From NCBI GenBank assembly GCA_035938875.1, contig DASZGL010000023.1:19075-83074 (forward strand): DNA of 64,000 nt, in the 5' to 3' direction. Below the pieces are notes generated by a model. The model saw nothing but the letters and a program-made list of their open reading frames with translations, made no database searches and was not told the DNA's origin. This DNA is from Candidatus Dormiibacterota bacterium. GTDB lineage: Bacteria; Chloroflexota; Dormibacteria; Aeolococcales; Aeolococcaceae. A program made the position numbers and the translations under genes. The first letter of the stretch is position 1; the number at the start of each line of letters is the position of its first letter. Of this stretch, positions 34,106-48,327 are shown one piece after another.

Positions 34106-34164
34106 CCCGACACCACCCGCCCCGCGCCCACGCCGGGGGGAGCGCCACGGACGAGGGCCCGCCG

Positions 34165-35427
34165 TTGATCGAGACCCCGCTGAAGCCCGCCCTGAGCGCC
34201 ACCGACCCCGAGGTCGCTGCCCTGCTCGACGAGGAGCTTCGCCGCCAGGAGGACACCCTGGAGCTGATCCCCTCGGAGAATCTCGCTCCTCCAGCCGTGC
34301 TCGAGGCGGTCGGCTCCTGGCTCAACAACAAGTACGCAGAGGGCGTTCCCGGCAAGCGGTACTACGGCGGCTGCCAGGTGGTCGACAAGATCGAGAACCT
34401 GGCGCGCGACCGGGCCAAGCAGCTCTTCGGCGCCGAGCACGCCAACGTCCAGCCGCACTGCGGGTCGAGCGCCAACATGGCGGCGTACTCGAGCGTGCTC
34501 AAGCCAGGGGACACCGTCCTCGGCATGGCGCTCGACCACGGCGGCCATCTCACTCACGGCTCGCCGGCCAACTTCAGCGGCCGCCTCTACCACTTCGAGG
34601 GCTACACCGTCTCCCCGGCCACCGGCCGCCTCGACTACGACGAAGTCCTGGCCCGGGCCAGGGAGGTCTCACCGGTGATGATCGTCGCCGGCTACAGCGC
34701 CTACCCGCGGGTGCTCGACTTCGCTGCCTTCGAGGGCATCGCCAGGCAGGTGGGCGCCCTGCTGCTCGTCGACATGGCCCACTTCGCCGGCCTGGTCGCC
34801 GCCGGGCTGCACCCCAGCCCGGTGCCGCACGCCGACTTCGTGACCATGACCACCCACAAGACACTGCGCGGTCCCTGGGGCGGGCTCATCCTGTGCAAGC
34901 AGGAGTACGCCGACGCCATCGACAAGGCGGTCTGCCCAGGAACGCAGGGGGGGCCGCTCAACCACGCCATCGCCGGCAAGGCGGTGATGCTGAAGCTGTG
35001 CATGGAACCGGCCTTCCGTGACTACGCCGCCCAGATCCTGGCCAATGCCAAGGCACTCGCCGCGGGCCTGAGCCAGCGGGGCATCACCCTGGTCACCGGG
35101 GGAACCGACAACCACCTTATGCTCATCGACCTGCGTCCCCACGAGCTCAAGGGACGGGCGGTGCAGAGCGGTTTCGACGAGGTCGGCATCACCGTCAACG
35201 CCAACACCTTCCCCTTCCACGGCGCCAGCCCCTTCAACCCCAACGGCATCCGGCTGGGGACTCCGGCGGTGACCTCGCGGGGGATGGGCGAGACCGAGAT
35301 GGATGAGATCGCCGACCTGATCAGCACCATGCTCACCCACTTCGAGGACGCCACGGTGCGTTCCCAGGTGCGCGAGCGATCGCTCGATCTCTGCCGCCGC
35401 TTCCCGCTGCCCTACAGGACCGCCTAG
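34165..35427 (+). CDS. glyA: serine hydroxymethyltransferase
   Basis: TTG at 34165, giving 420 aa. Motifs ELIPSENL, YAEGVPGKRYYGGC and TTHKTLRGP. Confidence 0.92.
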   Translation: MIETPLKPALSATDPEVAALLDEELRRQEDTLELIPSENLAPPAVLEAVGSWLNNKYAEGVPGKRYYGGCQVVDKIENLARDRAKQLFGAEHANVQPHCGSSANMAAYSSVLKPGDTVLGMALDHGGHLTHGSPANFSGRLYHFEGYTVSPATGRLDYDEVLARAREVSPVMIVAGYSAYPRVLDFAAFEGIARQVGALLLVDMAHFAGLVAAGLHPSPVPHADFVTMTTHKTLRGPWGGLILCKQEYADAIDKAVCPGTQGGPLNHAIAGKAVMLKLCMEPAFRDYAAQILANAKALAAGLSQRGITLVTGGTDNHLMLIDLRPHELKGRAVQSGFDEVGITVNANTFPFHGASPFNPNGIRLGTPAVTSRGMGETEMDEIADLISTMLTHFEDATVRSQVRERSLDLCRRFPLPYRTA

Positions 35428-36566
35428 TGCTGGTGCCCCTCGCCGACTCGACGTCCTGGTCGCCGGCGCTGCCGCCGTTTCTCCTCGCCAGCGTCGTCTG
35501 CATGGCTGCGGTGCCGGCCAGCATGGTGCTGGCCAGGCGCGTCGGCGCCGTCGCCGAGCCTGATCACTCTCGGCACATCCATCCTGAGCCGACCCCTCGC
35601 CTCGGCGGCATCGCCCTGTTCGCCGGATTCGCCATCGCCCTGGCGGTCTTCGGCGGTCCCGTCGAATCACGCTGGCAGGTGGTCGCGGTCTGCGGGGCGA
35701 TCACCGTGACCATGGCCATCGACGACATCCTCAATCTGCCCTGGTGGACCAAGCTGGCCCTCGAGGTGGGTGCCGGGACGGCGGTCGCGGCGCTGGGCAT
35801 CACCATCAGCTTCATCGCCCTGCCCTATGGCCACAACCTCAACCTGGTCTGGCTGGCGGCACCGGTGACGGTGGTCTGGCTGGTGGGCATGCAGACGTCG
35901 ATCAACCTGCTCGACGGCGCCGACGGGGTTGCCGCCGGAGTCGTCGCCATCGTCGCCGGCGTCCTGCTGCTGGCGGCGATCAACCGGCTGGAACCGACCG
36001 CCGGCGTGCAGAACGGCGTCATCGTTCTCAGCGGTGCGCTGATGGGGTGCTGCGTGGGTTTCCTCGTCTTCAACGTCCATCCGGCCCGGGTGTTCATGGG
36101 CGATTCGGGGAGTCACTTCCTCGGACTCGCACTGGGCACGATCACCGTGCTCGGCGTCGCCAAGGTGGCGGTGGCTCTCTCGCTGCTGGTGCCGCTGGTT
36201 GCTCTCGGGCTGCCCATCGGCGACACCGCGTGGGCCATCTACCGGCGGCGTCGCGCAGGAGTGAGCGTCGCCGAACCCGACGCCGGTCATCTGCATCACC
36301 GGCTCTTGGCGCTGGGCCTGACCGTGCGCGAAACCGCCATGGCGTTCTACCTGACGACCGCGATTCTCGGCTGCATCGGGCTGGCGATCTTCGGGCACAA
36401 GAAGGTGCTCGCCGTCGCCGTCGTGCTGCTGACATTCGCGCTGGTGGCGCTGCTCTACCGCAACCAGCGGCGGCCGATGGAGACGCCGCACGACGACGAT
36501 TACGTCATCCTTCCGGGGCGCGCGGCTGTGCCCACGCGAGCGCGCCACGGTGGCGAAGCGGACTGA
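35427..36566 (+). CDS. glycosyltransferase family 4 polyprenyl-phosphate sugar-1-phosphate transferase (WecA/MraY-like)
   Basis: 379 aa and polytopic. Motifs DDILNL, NLLDGADG and MGDSGSHFLG. Same position as rfe/wecA upstream of atp in Actinobacteria. Confidence 0.85.
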   Translation: MLVPLADSTSWSPALPPFLLASVVCMAAVPASMVLARRVGAVAEPDHSRHIHPEPTPRLGGIALFAGFAIALAVFGGPVESRWQVVAVCGAITVTMAIDDILNLPWWTKLALEVGAGTAVAALGITISFIALPYGHNLNLVWLAAPVTVVWLVGMQTSINLLDGADGVAAGVVAIVAGVLLLAAINRLEPTAGVQNGVIVLSGALMGCCVGFLVFNVHPARVFMGDSGSHFLGLALGTITVLGVAKVAVALSLLVPLVALGLPIGDTAWAIYRRRRAGVSVAEPDAGHLHHRLLALGLTVRETAMAFYLTTAILGCIGLAIFGHKKVLAVAVVLLTFALVALLYRNQRRPMETPHDDDYVILPGRAAVPTRARHGGEAD

Positions 36567-36647
36567 GCTGACCAGGGCGATTCCCTCACGGGGCGGGCGA
36601 ATTCGGCCCTCTGCTATCCTTCGGGCCGTTCTCGGCCAGGAGGGTGC

Positions 36648-36875
36648 GTGAACTCCGGCGGTAGCGATCGGGAGGCCCTCCGAGCTTTCGGTCTGGTGAC
36701 GGGAATCGGTGCTGTGTTTGCCGGCTCCGTCGCCCTCGGACTCGGGCTCGGTCTCCTGGTTTCGTGGATGCTCGGAGGAGGCGCGCTGGTCGTGGCTGCA
36801 GGGCTGTTGATCGGTGTCATCGCTGGAGGACTGGGCGTCTACCGCATGGTGATGCGGAGCGTCGCCGGCCCATGA
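36648..36875 (+). CDS. AtpZ/AtpI-family small membrane protein
   Basis: 75 aa, GTG start, two Gly-rich TM helices. First gene of the atp cluster. Confidence 0.7.
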   Translation: MNSGGSDREALRAFGLVTGIGAVFAGSVALGLGLGLLVSWMLGGGALVVAAGLLIGVIAGGLGVYRMVMRSVAGP

Positions 36876-37265
36876 CCAGGCTCACGGACCACCGCCGCTT
36901 CGGACGGACGACCATGCTGGTGATCGCCGCTGCCGCGCTGCTCCTCACTGGTGTGCTTGCCGCGGCCGGTCGCGAGTCGGCGATATCCGGGGTGCTCGCC
37001 GGGTCACTGATCGCCGAGATCGACGCATGGCTGCTGGCTCGCGGCCTCTCACGATTTGCTGATAACAGCGATCGGGTCGGCGCACGAGCACTCACCGTGC
37101 TGATGCTGGGACGGTTCGCGCTCATCGGCGCCATGGTCGGTGTCGTGCTGAGCGCGCAGGGCTTCGACCCCTTCGGCGTTGTCGCCGGCTTTCTGCTGTT
37201 CCCCATGGCGATCGTGGCCGTGGGCATCGCGTCGCTGCGCGCCGACCACCACCAGGGGATAAACG

Positions 37266-37279
<14 letters not shown>
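36872..37279 (+). CDS. atpI: ATP synthase protein I
   Basis: ATGA overlap with the preceding gene. 135 aa with about 4 TM helices. Confidence 0.65.
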
Positions 37280-38425
<1,146 letters not shown>

Positions 38426-38437
38426 GCAGGATCCCCC

Positions 38438-38941
38438 GTGCTCGCCGACTCCGGAATCATCGACTTCAACCTCACCGGGATCCTCGCGTTCCTCATCTTC
38501 CTGGTGACCATCGGTCTGGCTTGGCGTTGGGCGCTGGGCCCGATCTCGCGCGTCATCCAGGCGCGTGAGGAGAAGATCGAGGCGGGGATGCGTGCTGCCG
38601 AGGAGGCGCAGAAAGCGCGCGACGAGGTCAAGGTCGACGTCGCGAGGCTCCTCGAGGAGGCGCGCAACCAGGCACGTGAGGTCATCTCCCGCGCTCACCA
38701 GGAGGCTGCCGCCGAAGGCGAGGAGCTCCGCGTCCGTGCGCGCCGGGACGCCGAGGCTCAGCTGGAGAAGGCGCGAAGCGACATCCAGGTGGAGCGTGAC
38801 CGGGCGATCCAGGAGCTCCGTACGGAGATGAGCTCGCTGGTCGTCGAGGCGGCCAGCCGGGTCCTCGGCGAGACCATCGACGAACGCGCCCACCGCCGGC
38901 TCATCGAGGAGTCGCTGCAACAGGTGTCGGCCCATGACTGA
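38438..38941 (+). CDS. atpF: F0F1 ATP synthase subunit b
   Basis: 167 aa. One N-terminal TM helix followed by a long charged helix. Confidence 0.88.
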   Translation: MLADSGIIDFNLTGILAFLIFLVTIGLAWRWALGPISRVIQAREEKIEAGMRAAEEAQKARDEVKVDVARLLEEARNQAREVISRAHQEAAAEGEELRVRARRDAEAQLEKARSDIQVERDRAIQELRTEMSSLVVEAASRVLGETIDERAHRRLIEESLQQVSAHD

Positions 38942-38959
38942 CGTGCGGCGCAGCGGCTG

Positions 38960-39490
38960 ATGGCGCAGTCGACGATCGTCGCGCGTCGCTATGGACGAGC
39001 CTATTTCGAGCTTGCCGGCCAGGCCAAGGCGATCGCCGAGTGGCGCGAGCAGCTGGCGACGGCGATCGCGCTGGTCACCGCACCGCAGACGGCGAGCCGG
39101 TTGAACAATCCGCGATTACGCCGCGAGGATCGCACCGCGGGACTGCTGCACCTGCTCGACGGCGTCGCACCGCAGGCACGTAATGTCGTGCGCCTGCTCG
39201 TCGAACGCGGGCGTCTCGGCGCCCTGCCCGAGGTGCTCGATGAGTACGACCGGCTCGCCGACCGCGCCTCCGGAGTCGTCCGGGCCGAGGTTGTTTCGGC
39301 GATTCCGGTCGACGACAGGCTCGAGAGCACCATCAAGGACACGCTGACGAAGACGTTGGGCGGCGACGTCGAGACGGTGGTGCGCCAGGATCCCGACATC
39401 CTCGGCGGCCTGGTCATCCGCATCGGCGACCGGGTCATCGACAGCAGTCTTCGCACCCGGCTCCAACAGTTGCAGGCGTCACTGGCCTGA
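38960..39490 (+). CDS. atpH: F0F1 ATP synthase subunit delta
   Basis: 176 aa. OSCP-like, ending in [22 protein letters not shown]. Confidence 0.9.
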   Translation: MAQSTIVARRYGRAYFELAGQAKAIAEWREQLATAIALVTAPQTASRLNNPRLRREDRTAGLLHLLDGVAPQARNVVRLLVERGRLGALPEVLDEYDRLADRASGVVRAEVVSAIPVDDRLESTIKDTLTKTLGGDVETVVRQDPDILGGLVIRIGDRVIDSSLRTRLQQLQASLA

Positions 39491-39518
39491 TCGCGCAGAA
39501 GGACTGAGAACAACCCAC

Positions 39519-41027
<1,509 letters not shown>

Positions 41028-41042
41028 CCCGCCGCACCTGAC

Positions 41043-43336
<2,294 letters not shown>

Positions 43337-43342
43337 TCGCTG

Positions 43343-43780
43343 ATGGCCAAGCTCAACGTCGAGCTGGTGACACCCGAGGGACGGGTGCTGAGCACCGAGG
43401 CGGACTTCGTCAAGGCGCCCGGGCTCGCCGGCGAGCTCGGCGTGCTGCCTCACCACATCCCGCTGATGACACCGCTGAAGACGGGCGAGGTGCTGGTGCG
43501 CAACGACGCCAAGGAGGATTTCCTCTTCGTCGCCGGCGGCTTTCTTCAGGTGTTGCCCGACAAGGTGGTGATCCTCGCGGATGCCGCAGAGCGTGCCGAG
43601 GACATCGACGAGGCACGTGCCGAGGAGGCACGGCGGCGCGCCGCCCAGGTGCTCGAGCAGCGCGCCCCAGCCGACGCCGAGACCGCCGAGGCACGCGCTG
43701 CTCTCGAGCGTGCCATGTACAGGCTTCGCGTGGCCGAGCTGCGCAGACGGCGCCGGCCACCGAGGGCGCCCCAGGAGTGA
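43343..43780 (+). CDS. atpC: F0F1 ATP synthase subunit epsilon
   Basis: 145 aa. Last gene of the atp cluster, with a beta-sandwich plus helical hairpin layout. Confidence 0.9.
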   Translation: MAKLNVELVTPEGRVLSTEADFVKAPGLAGELGVLPHHIPLMTPLKTGEVLVRNDAKEDFLFVAGGFLQVLPDKVVILADAAERAEDIDEARAEEARRRAAQVLEQRAPADAETAEARAALERAMYRLRVAELRRRRRPPRAPQE

Positions 43781-43840
43781 GCGAACTGGCCGGTTGGCGA
43801 CGACCGGTCACGAACTCAACGCCCTGCTAGGCTTGGCCCG

Positions 43841-45148
43841 ATGGAGGTATTGCAGGTCACCGGCGGGTCCCGCCTGGTGGGCACCGTCGGCATCTCGGGG
43901 AGCAAGAATGCCACCCTGCCGGCGATGGCGGCGTCGCTGCTCACCGATCAGCCCGTCGATCTGATCAACGTCCCCGCCATCGAGGACATCGACACCATGG
44001 CGAGCATCCTGCGCCACCTCGGTGTCGAGGCTCGCCAGCTGGCGCCATCGGCGTGGCGGCTCGAGGCGGATCGTGTGCAGTCGCGGCCTGTCGGCCCCGA
44101 TCTCACCCACAGGTTGCGCGGTTCGCTGTTGCTGCTCGGCGCCCTGGTTGCCCGGACTGGATCCGCGGTGATCGCGCGTCCCGGCGGTGACGACATCGGC
44201 ATGCGCCGTGTCGAGCAACACCTCGAGGGGCTGCGTGCCATGGGCGCCGATGTCCGCGAGGAGAACGACTCTTATATCGCCAGTGCCGAGCGGCTGCGCG
44301 GCGCGCACATCGACCTCGACATGCCCACGGTGACGGGAACCGAGAACCTGATGATGGCGGCAGCCCTCGCCGACGGCATCACCGTGATCAGCAACGCGGC
44401 GCGAGAACCGCATGTGGTGGACCTGGCACGCTGCCTGCTCGGCATGGGTGCTCGGATCACCGGTGCGGGCACCGAGCTGATCGTCATCGAGGGCCAGGGT
44501 GGCCTGCTCCACGGCACTCGGCACAGCGTCACCACCGACTACATCGAGGCGGGCACCTACATGGTTGCGGCGGCTGCCACCGGTGGTGACGTCATCGCCG
44601 ATCACATGCGTCCCAGCGACGTGCGCTGGCTGATCAACAAGCTGCGCGCTGCCGGCTGCGACGTGACCGTGGGCGCGAGCCACGTCCGTGTCCGCGGCAG
44701 CGAGGTGCTGCGTGCCATCGACGCCACGACCTGGCCGCATCCCGGTTTCGCGACCGACCTGCAGTCTCAGTTCGTCGCCCTGATGACCGGGGCTCACGGT
44801 GTCAGCGTGGTCAGCGAGGCGGTGTTCGAGAACCGCTTCCGTCACGTCGAGGAGCTGCGCAAGCTCGGCGCCAAGATCAATGTCGAGGGACGCAGCGCGG
44901 TGATCACCGGTCCGGCACGCCTGCGCGGCACGGCGGTGCGCATTCCCGACATCCGCAGTGGCGCAGCGCTGGTCATCGCCGGCCTGTGCGCCGAGGGCAC
45001 CAGCGTGCTCGACGGCGTCTACCACCTCGATCGCGGCTACGAACGGCTCGACGAGAAGCTGCGTTCGCTGGGCGCGCATCTGGAGCGTGCCGAGATCGGC
45101 CCTGCGGACACGGCGGTGCGCGACTTCAGCGGCGTCGTCGGCGACTAG
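43841..45148 (+). CDS. murA: UDP-N-acetylglucosamine 1-carboxyvinyltransferase (Asp in place of the fosfomycin-target Cys)
   Basis: 435 aa. ISGSKNA. The active-site loop RPGGDDIGMRRVEQH has D117 (codon GAC, 44189-44191) where Cys115 sits in E. coli. Confidence 0.93.
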   Translation: MEVLQVTGGSRLVGTVGISGSKNATLPAMAASLLTDQPVDLINVPAIEDIDTMASILRHLGVEARQLAPSAWRLEADRVQSRPVGPDLTHRLRGSLLLLGALVARTGSAVIARPGGDDIGMRRVEQHLEGLRAMGADVREENDSYIASAERLRGAHIDLDMPTVTGTENLMMAAALADGITVISNAAREPHVVDLARCLLGMGARITGAGTELIVIEGQGGLLHGTRHSVTTDYIEAGTYMVAAAATGGDVIADHMRPSDVRWLINKLRAAGCDVTVGASHVRVRGSEVLRAIDATTWPHPGFATDLQSQFVALMTGAHGVSVVSEAVFENRFRHVEELRKLGAKINVEGRSAVITGPARLRGTAVRIPDIRSGAALVIAGLCAEGTSVLDGVYHLDRGYERLDEKLRSLGAHLERAEIGPADTAVRDFSGVVGD

Positions 45149-45163
45149 CTCCAGGAGCGTCTC

Positions 45164-46165
45164 GTGCTCAGCAAGCGCGTCGCCATCGACCTCGGCGCCA
45201 GCGCGCTGCGACTCCACCTCAAGGGCGAGGGCGTCGTGTTGAGCGAACCAGCGCTGGTGCTGGTCAGCGCCGACGGTGAGCGCGTCGCCGGCGTCGGCGT
45301 CCAGGCGTTGTCGGCGCACGCCGACGGCATGACACTGCGCCGTCCCCTGCGCGGCGCCGCCATCGACGACAGCCTGGCACTGACCGCGGCGATGCAGCAC
45401 TTGGTGGGGCGCGCGCTGGGTCGCCAGCGCATCTTCAAGCCCGATGTCATGGTGGCTGTGCCGCCACTGATGAGCGGACGCGATCGCCGTGAGGTCATGG
45501 ATGCGGTCTGCCGCGCCGGGGCGCGCACCGCCTACCTCATCGACGTGCCGCTGGCTGCTGCGATCGGCGCCGGCCTGCCGGTGAGCACCGACACAGCCCA
45601 CCTCATCGTCGACCTCGGCGCCGATGCCACGGAGATCGCCGTTATCGCCCACGAGAGCACCGTGGTCTCGCGATCCGCGTTCGTCGGCGGCACCCACCTC
45701 ACCGCGTCGATCGCCGCCGCGGTCAACGCCGCTGGTGACGTGGACATCGATTCCACCGCCGCCGAGGAGGCAAAGCGCGAGATCGGCAGCGCCGTTCCCC
45801 TGCAGGAAGAACGCACCCTGCGTCTGCGGGGACGCGACAGACGCACCGCCCTGCTTGGCGAGGTGACCATACACTCGGGGCAGGTTAGTGAGGCGATGCT
45901 TCCCCATCTTCGCGAGATCGCCATCGCCCTGCGTGCTGCCGTCGACGAATGCCCGCCGTCGCTGATGACGGACGTCCGCGAACGCACCGGTGTGCTGCTC
46001 ACCGGCGGAGGTGCACGGCTGCGCGGCATCGACCGCTATCTCTCGGCGATGACCGGGTTGCGGGTCAACGTCGCCGCCGAACCCGAAGTGTGCACAGTGC
46101 GCGGCGCCGGCATCGCGCTCGAGTCGCTGGACGTCGTCCGTCGCAATCTGCTGTACGTGCGATAA
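45164..46165 (+). CDS. MreB/Mbl-like actin-fold protein with divergent nucleotide-binding motifs
   Basis: 333 aa. VAIDLGASAL, YLIDVPLAAAIGAGLPV, VDLGADATEIAVI and LTGGGARLRGID. Confidence 0.8.
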   Translation: MLSKRVAIDLGASALRLHLKGEGVVLSEPALVLVSADGERVAGVGVQALSAHADGMTLRRPLRGAAIDDSLALTAAMQHLVGRALGRQRIFKPDVMVAVPPLMSGRDRREVMDAVCRAGARTAYLIDVPLAAAIGAGLPVSTDTAHLIVDLGADATEIAVIAHESTVVSRSAFVGGTHLTASIAAAVNAAGDVDIDSTAAEEAKREIGSAVPLQEERTLRLRGRDRRTALLGEVTIHSGQVSEAMLPHLREIAIALRAAVDECPPSLMTDVRERTGVLLTGGGARLRGIDRYLSAMTGLRVNVAAEPEVCTVRGAGIALESLDVVRRNLLYVR

Positions 46166-46271
46166 GGGGTCCGCGGGAGACGGCGGGGGACGGCGCAGCA
46201 GCAGCACGAGCGCATGGGCTTGGCCAACGAGCCGTGACGGTGTCGTGCACCCAGCGGCGTACAGTCGCGGG

Positions 46272-47063
46272 ATGGGTGGCGACTCCGGCGAGCACGTGGC
46301 GGTCAACCAGGCGCTGTGGGATAAGAAGGCAGATGAGTACGCCTTGTATGCGCGGCGCAACTGGGCGCAGGCGGAGATCGACTGGGGGATCTGGAGCGTG
46401 CCGGAGGCGGACGTCCGCGTGCTCCCTGCGCAGCTGAGCGGTATCGACGTTGTGGAGCTGGGATGCGGCACCGGGTACATATCCTCGTGGCTGGCTCGGC
46501 GGGGGGCGCGGCCGGTGGGCGTCGATGTGTCGCCGAGACAATTGGCGACGGCGCGGCGGATGCAGGACGTGCACGAGCTGCGCTTTCCCCTGGTCCGCGC
46601 GAGCGCGGAGCGTGTGCCGCTGGCTGACGCGCGCTTCGACCTCGCGGTGAGTGAGTACGGCGCGAGTCTGTGGTGCGATCCCCGCCTGTGGGTCGCCGAG
46701 GCTGGGCGATTGCTGCGCCCGCGAGGGCGTCTCGTCTTCCTCACCAACGCAGCCCTGATGTACCTGTGCGCCCAGGAAACCAACGACATCGCCATCGACA
46801 CCGTGCTCAAGCGCGATTACTTCGGCATGCGCACGATCACCTGGCCCGACGAGGACGGCGTCGAGTTCCACCTCAATCACGGTGACTGGATTCGCACGCT
46901 GCGCAGCGCGGGCTTCGACATCCTCGACCTCATCGAGATCCGCGCCCCCGACAGCGCCAGCGATGACCCGCGCTTCCCTTGGGTCAGCGCCGAGTGGGCC
47001 CGCCGCTGGCCGAGCGAAGAGATCTGGGTCGCGGAGAAGGCTCGCATTATCGGCCGCGGCTAG
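46272..47063 (+). CDS. class I SAM-dependent methyltransferase
   Basis: VVELGCGTGYISSWLARRGARPVGVDVS. The ATG at 46272 lies 7 nt after a TACAGT -10-like hexamer, so the mRNA may be leaderless. The ORF opens at 46245. Confidence 0.8.
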   Translation: MGGDSGEHVAVNQALWDKKADEYALYARRNWAQAEIDWGIWSVPEADVRVLPAQLSGIDVVELGCGTGYISSWLARRGARPVGVDVSPRQLATARRMQDVHELRFPLVRASAERVPLADARFDLAVSEYGASLWCDPRLWVAEAGRLLRPRGRLVFLTNAALMYLCAQETNDIAIDTVLKRDYFGMRTITWPDEDGVEFHLNHGDWIRTLRSAGFDILDLIEIRAPDSASDDPRFPWVSAEWARRWPSEEIWVAEKARIIGRG

Positions 47064-47250
47064 TTGCGACCACGACGCGGCCGGCCACGGGACACCACTT
47101 GGCGGGCACGCTGGTGACGCCTCTGGCGTCCCTGCGCTCAGTCGGGCCTGCGCACTGCTCGGCCCTCCAATGGCCCGCTGCAGTGACGTCCCGTGTCCGG
47201 CCGCTGGTCATCGCGTGCCGTGGCCGGGTGAGCTCGCTGGGGCGCCCTAC

Positions 47251-48255
47251 CTACAGAGCGTTCTCGATGCCGGCGAGCACGTCGTCGACGCGGACCCGCT
47301 CGGTGGCGCGGCCTGGGTGGCGGCGGTCGATTCCCTGGACGACGCGATGCGTGGGGCCGAAGGGTCCGCGCCGGCGTCCGTCGGTGGGGCCGAAGATGCC
47401 CACCGCCGGGGTGCCGACGGCCGCGGCGAGGTGGAGGAGGGGTCCGTCGCCACCGACCAGCAGGTCGCAGCGGGCGACGACGCCGACCGCGCTGAGGATG
47501 TCGAGCTGACCGCAGAGGTCGAGGGCGGGGGCGTCGAGGTCGACCAGGACGCGATCGACCGCGGCGCGGTCCTCGGCCGCGCCCACCAGGACGATGGCGC
47601 CGCCATGGCGGGCGCGGAGCAGGTTGGCGAGGTGGGCGTAGCGCTCCGGCTCCCAAGCCAGGGCGCTGGCCGGTAGACCGTCACCTGGTTCGGTCCATCC
47701 CGGCCCCGGCGCCATGACCAGGATGGGGTGGTTCTCAGCGACCCCCGCGGCGAACAGGTGGCGATCGGCGAGGACGATCGCCTCCTTGCCCGGGTCGAAG
47801 TACGGCACCACTGGGGCTGCGGGGTGACCGAGGGCGTTGGCCAGTCGCAGCCAGGTCGCGGCCCGGTTCTCGCCGACGGGCCTGGCCGTGCGGTGGGTGA
47901 ACAGCAGCGAGGTGGCCCCCGTGGCGGATCCCACGCGGAGGGCGACACCGGACAGGTAGGCGATGAGATGCACCTCACCGCGGTCGGAGCAGACCACGAC
48001 CGCCTCGAGGCGGCGGCGGCGCAGGGCCACGATGGCCGCAAGCAGTGACAGCGGACCACGGCCCCGCCCAAGCGCTTTCAGCGGTAGCACGTCGGACACC
48101 CCGCTGATCCCCCGAGCCAGCGCCGCCGACTGTGGCGGACATGCCAGGGTCACGTGGTGTCCACCGACTGACTGTGGCGATCGCAGCGACTGCACCAGTG
48201 GTGCGGCCTGCAACGTCTCCACCGCACCGCCGCTGACGATGACCGCGATGTTCAC
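47251..48255 (-). CDS. glycosyltransferase family 9 (heptosyltransferase-like)
   Basis: 334 aa. GGDGPLLHLAAAVGTPAVGIFGPTD is typical of the GT9 C-terminal domain. Confidence 0.8.
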   Translation of the reverse strand: MNIAVIVSGGAVETLQAAPLVQSLRSPQSVGGHHVTLACPPQSAALARGISGVSDVLPLKALGRGRGPLSLLAAIVALRRRRLEAVVVCSDRGEVHLIAYLSGVALRVGSATGATSLLFTHRTARPVGENRAATWLRLANALGHPAAPVVPYFDPGKEAIVLADRHLFAAGVAENHPILVMAPGPGWTEPGDGLPASALAWEPERYAHLANLLRARHGGAIVLVGAAEDRAAVDRVLVDLDAPALDLCGQLDILSAVGVVARCDLLVGGDGPLLHLAAAVGTPAVGIFGPTDGRRRGPFGPTHRVVQGIDRRHPGRATERVRVDDVLAGIENAL

Positions 48256-48327
48256 GGCGGCACGGTAGCAGGGACGCGCGAAGGGGACCGTCGCAAAAAG
48301 GAACCGCCCATATACTCAGATGCGGAC

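Noticed and set aside
43808-46810. 1000-aa antisense ORF across murA, the mreB-like gene and the methyltransferase. Similar cases: 39435-41921 (828 aa, antisense to atpA/atpG), 19112-21811 (899 aa, antisense to UPF0182), 51129-53138 and 145-1500.
   Set aside because: The translations are Arg/Gly/Asp/His-rich with no recognisable motifs. The opposite strand encodes unmistakable conserved proteins. Long stop-free antisense frames are expected at ~70% GC.
48256-48327. ARG-box (ArgR operator) upstream of argF
   Set aside because: The spacer contains only a short AT-containing stretch (CCCATATACTCAGATG). It lacks the paired 18-bp TNTGAATWWWWATTCANW-type palindromes.
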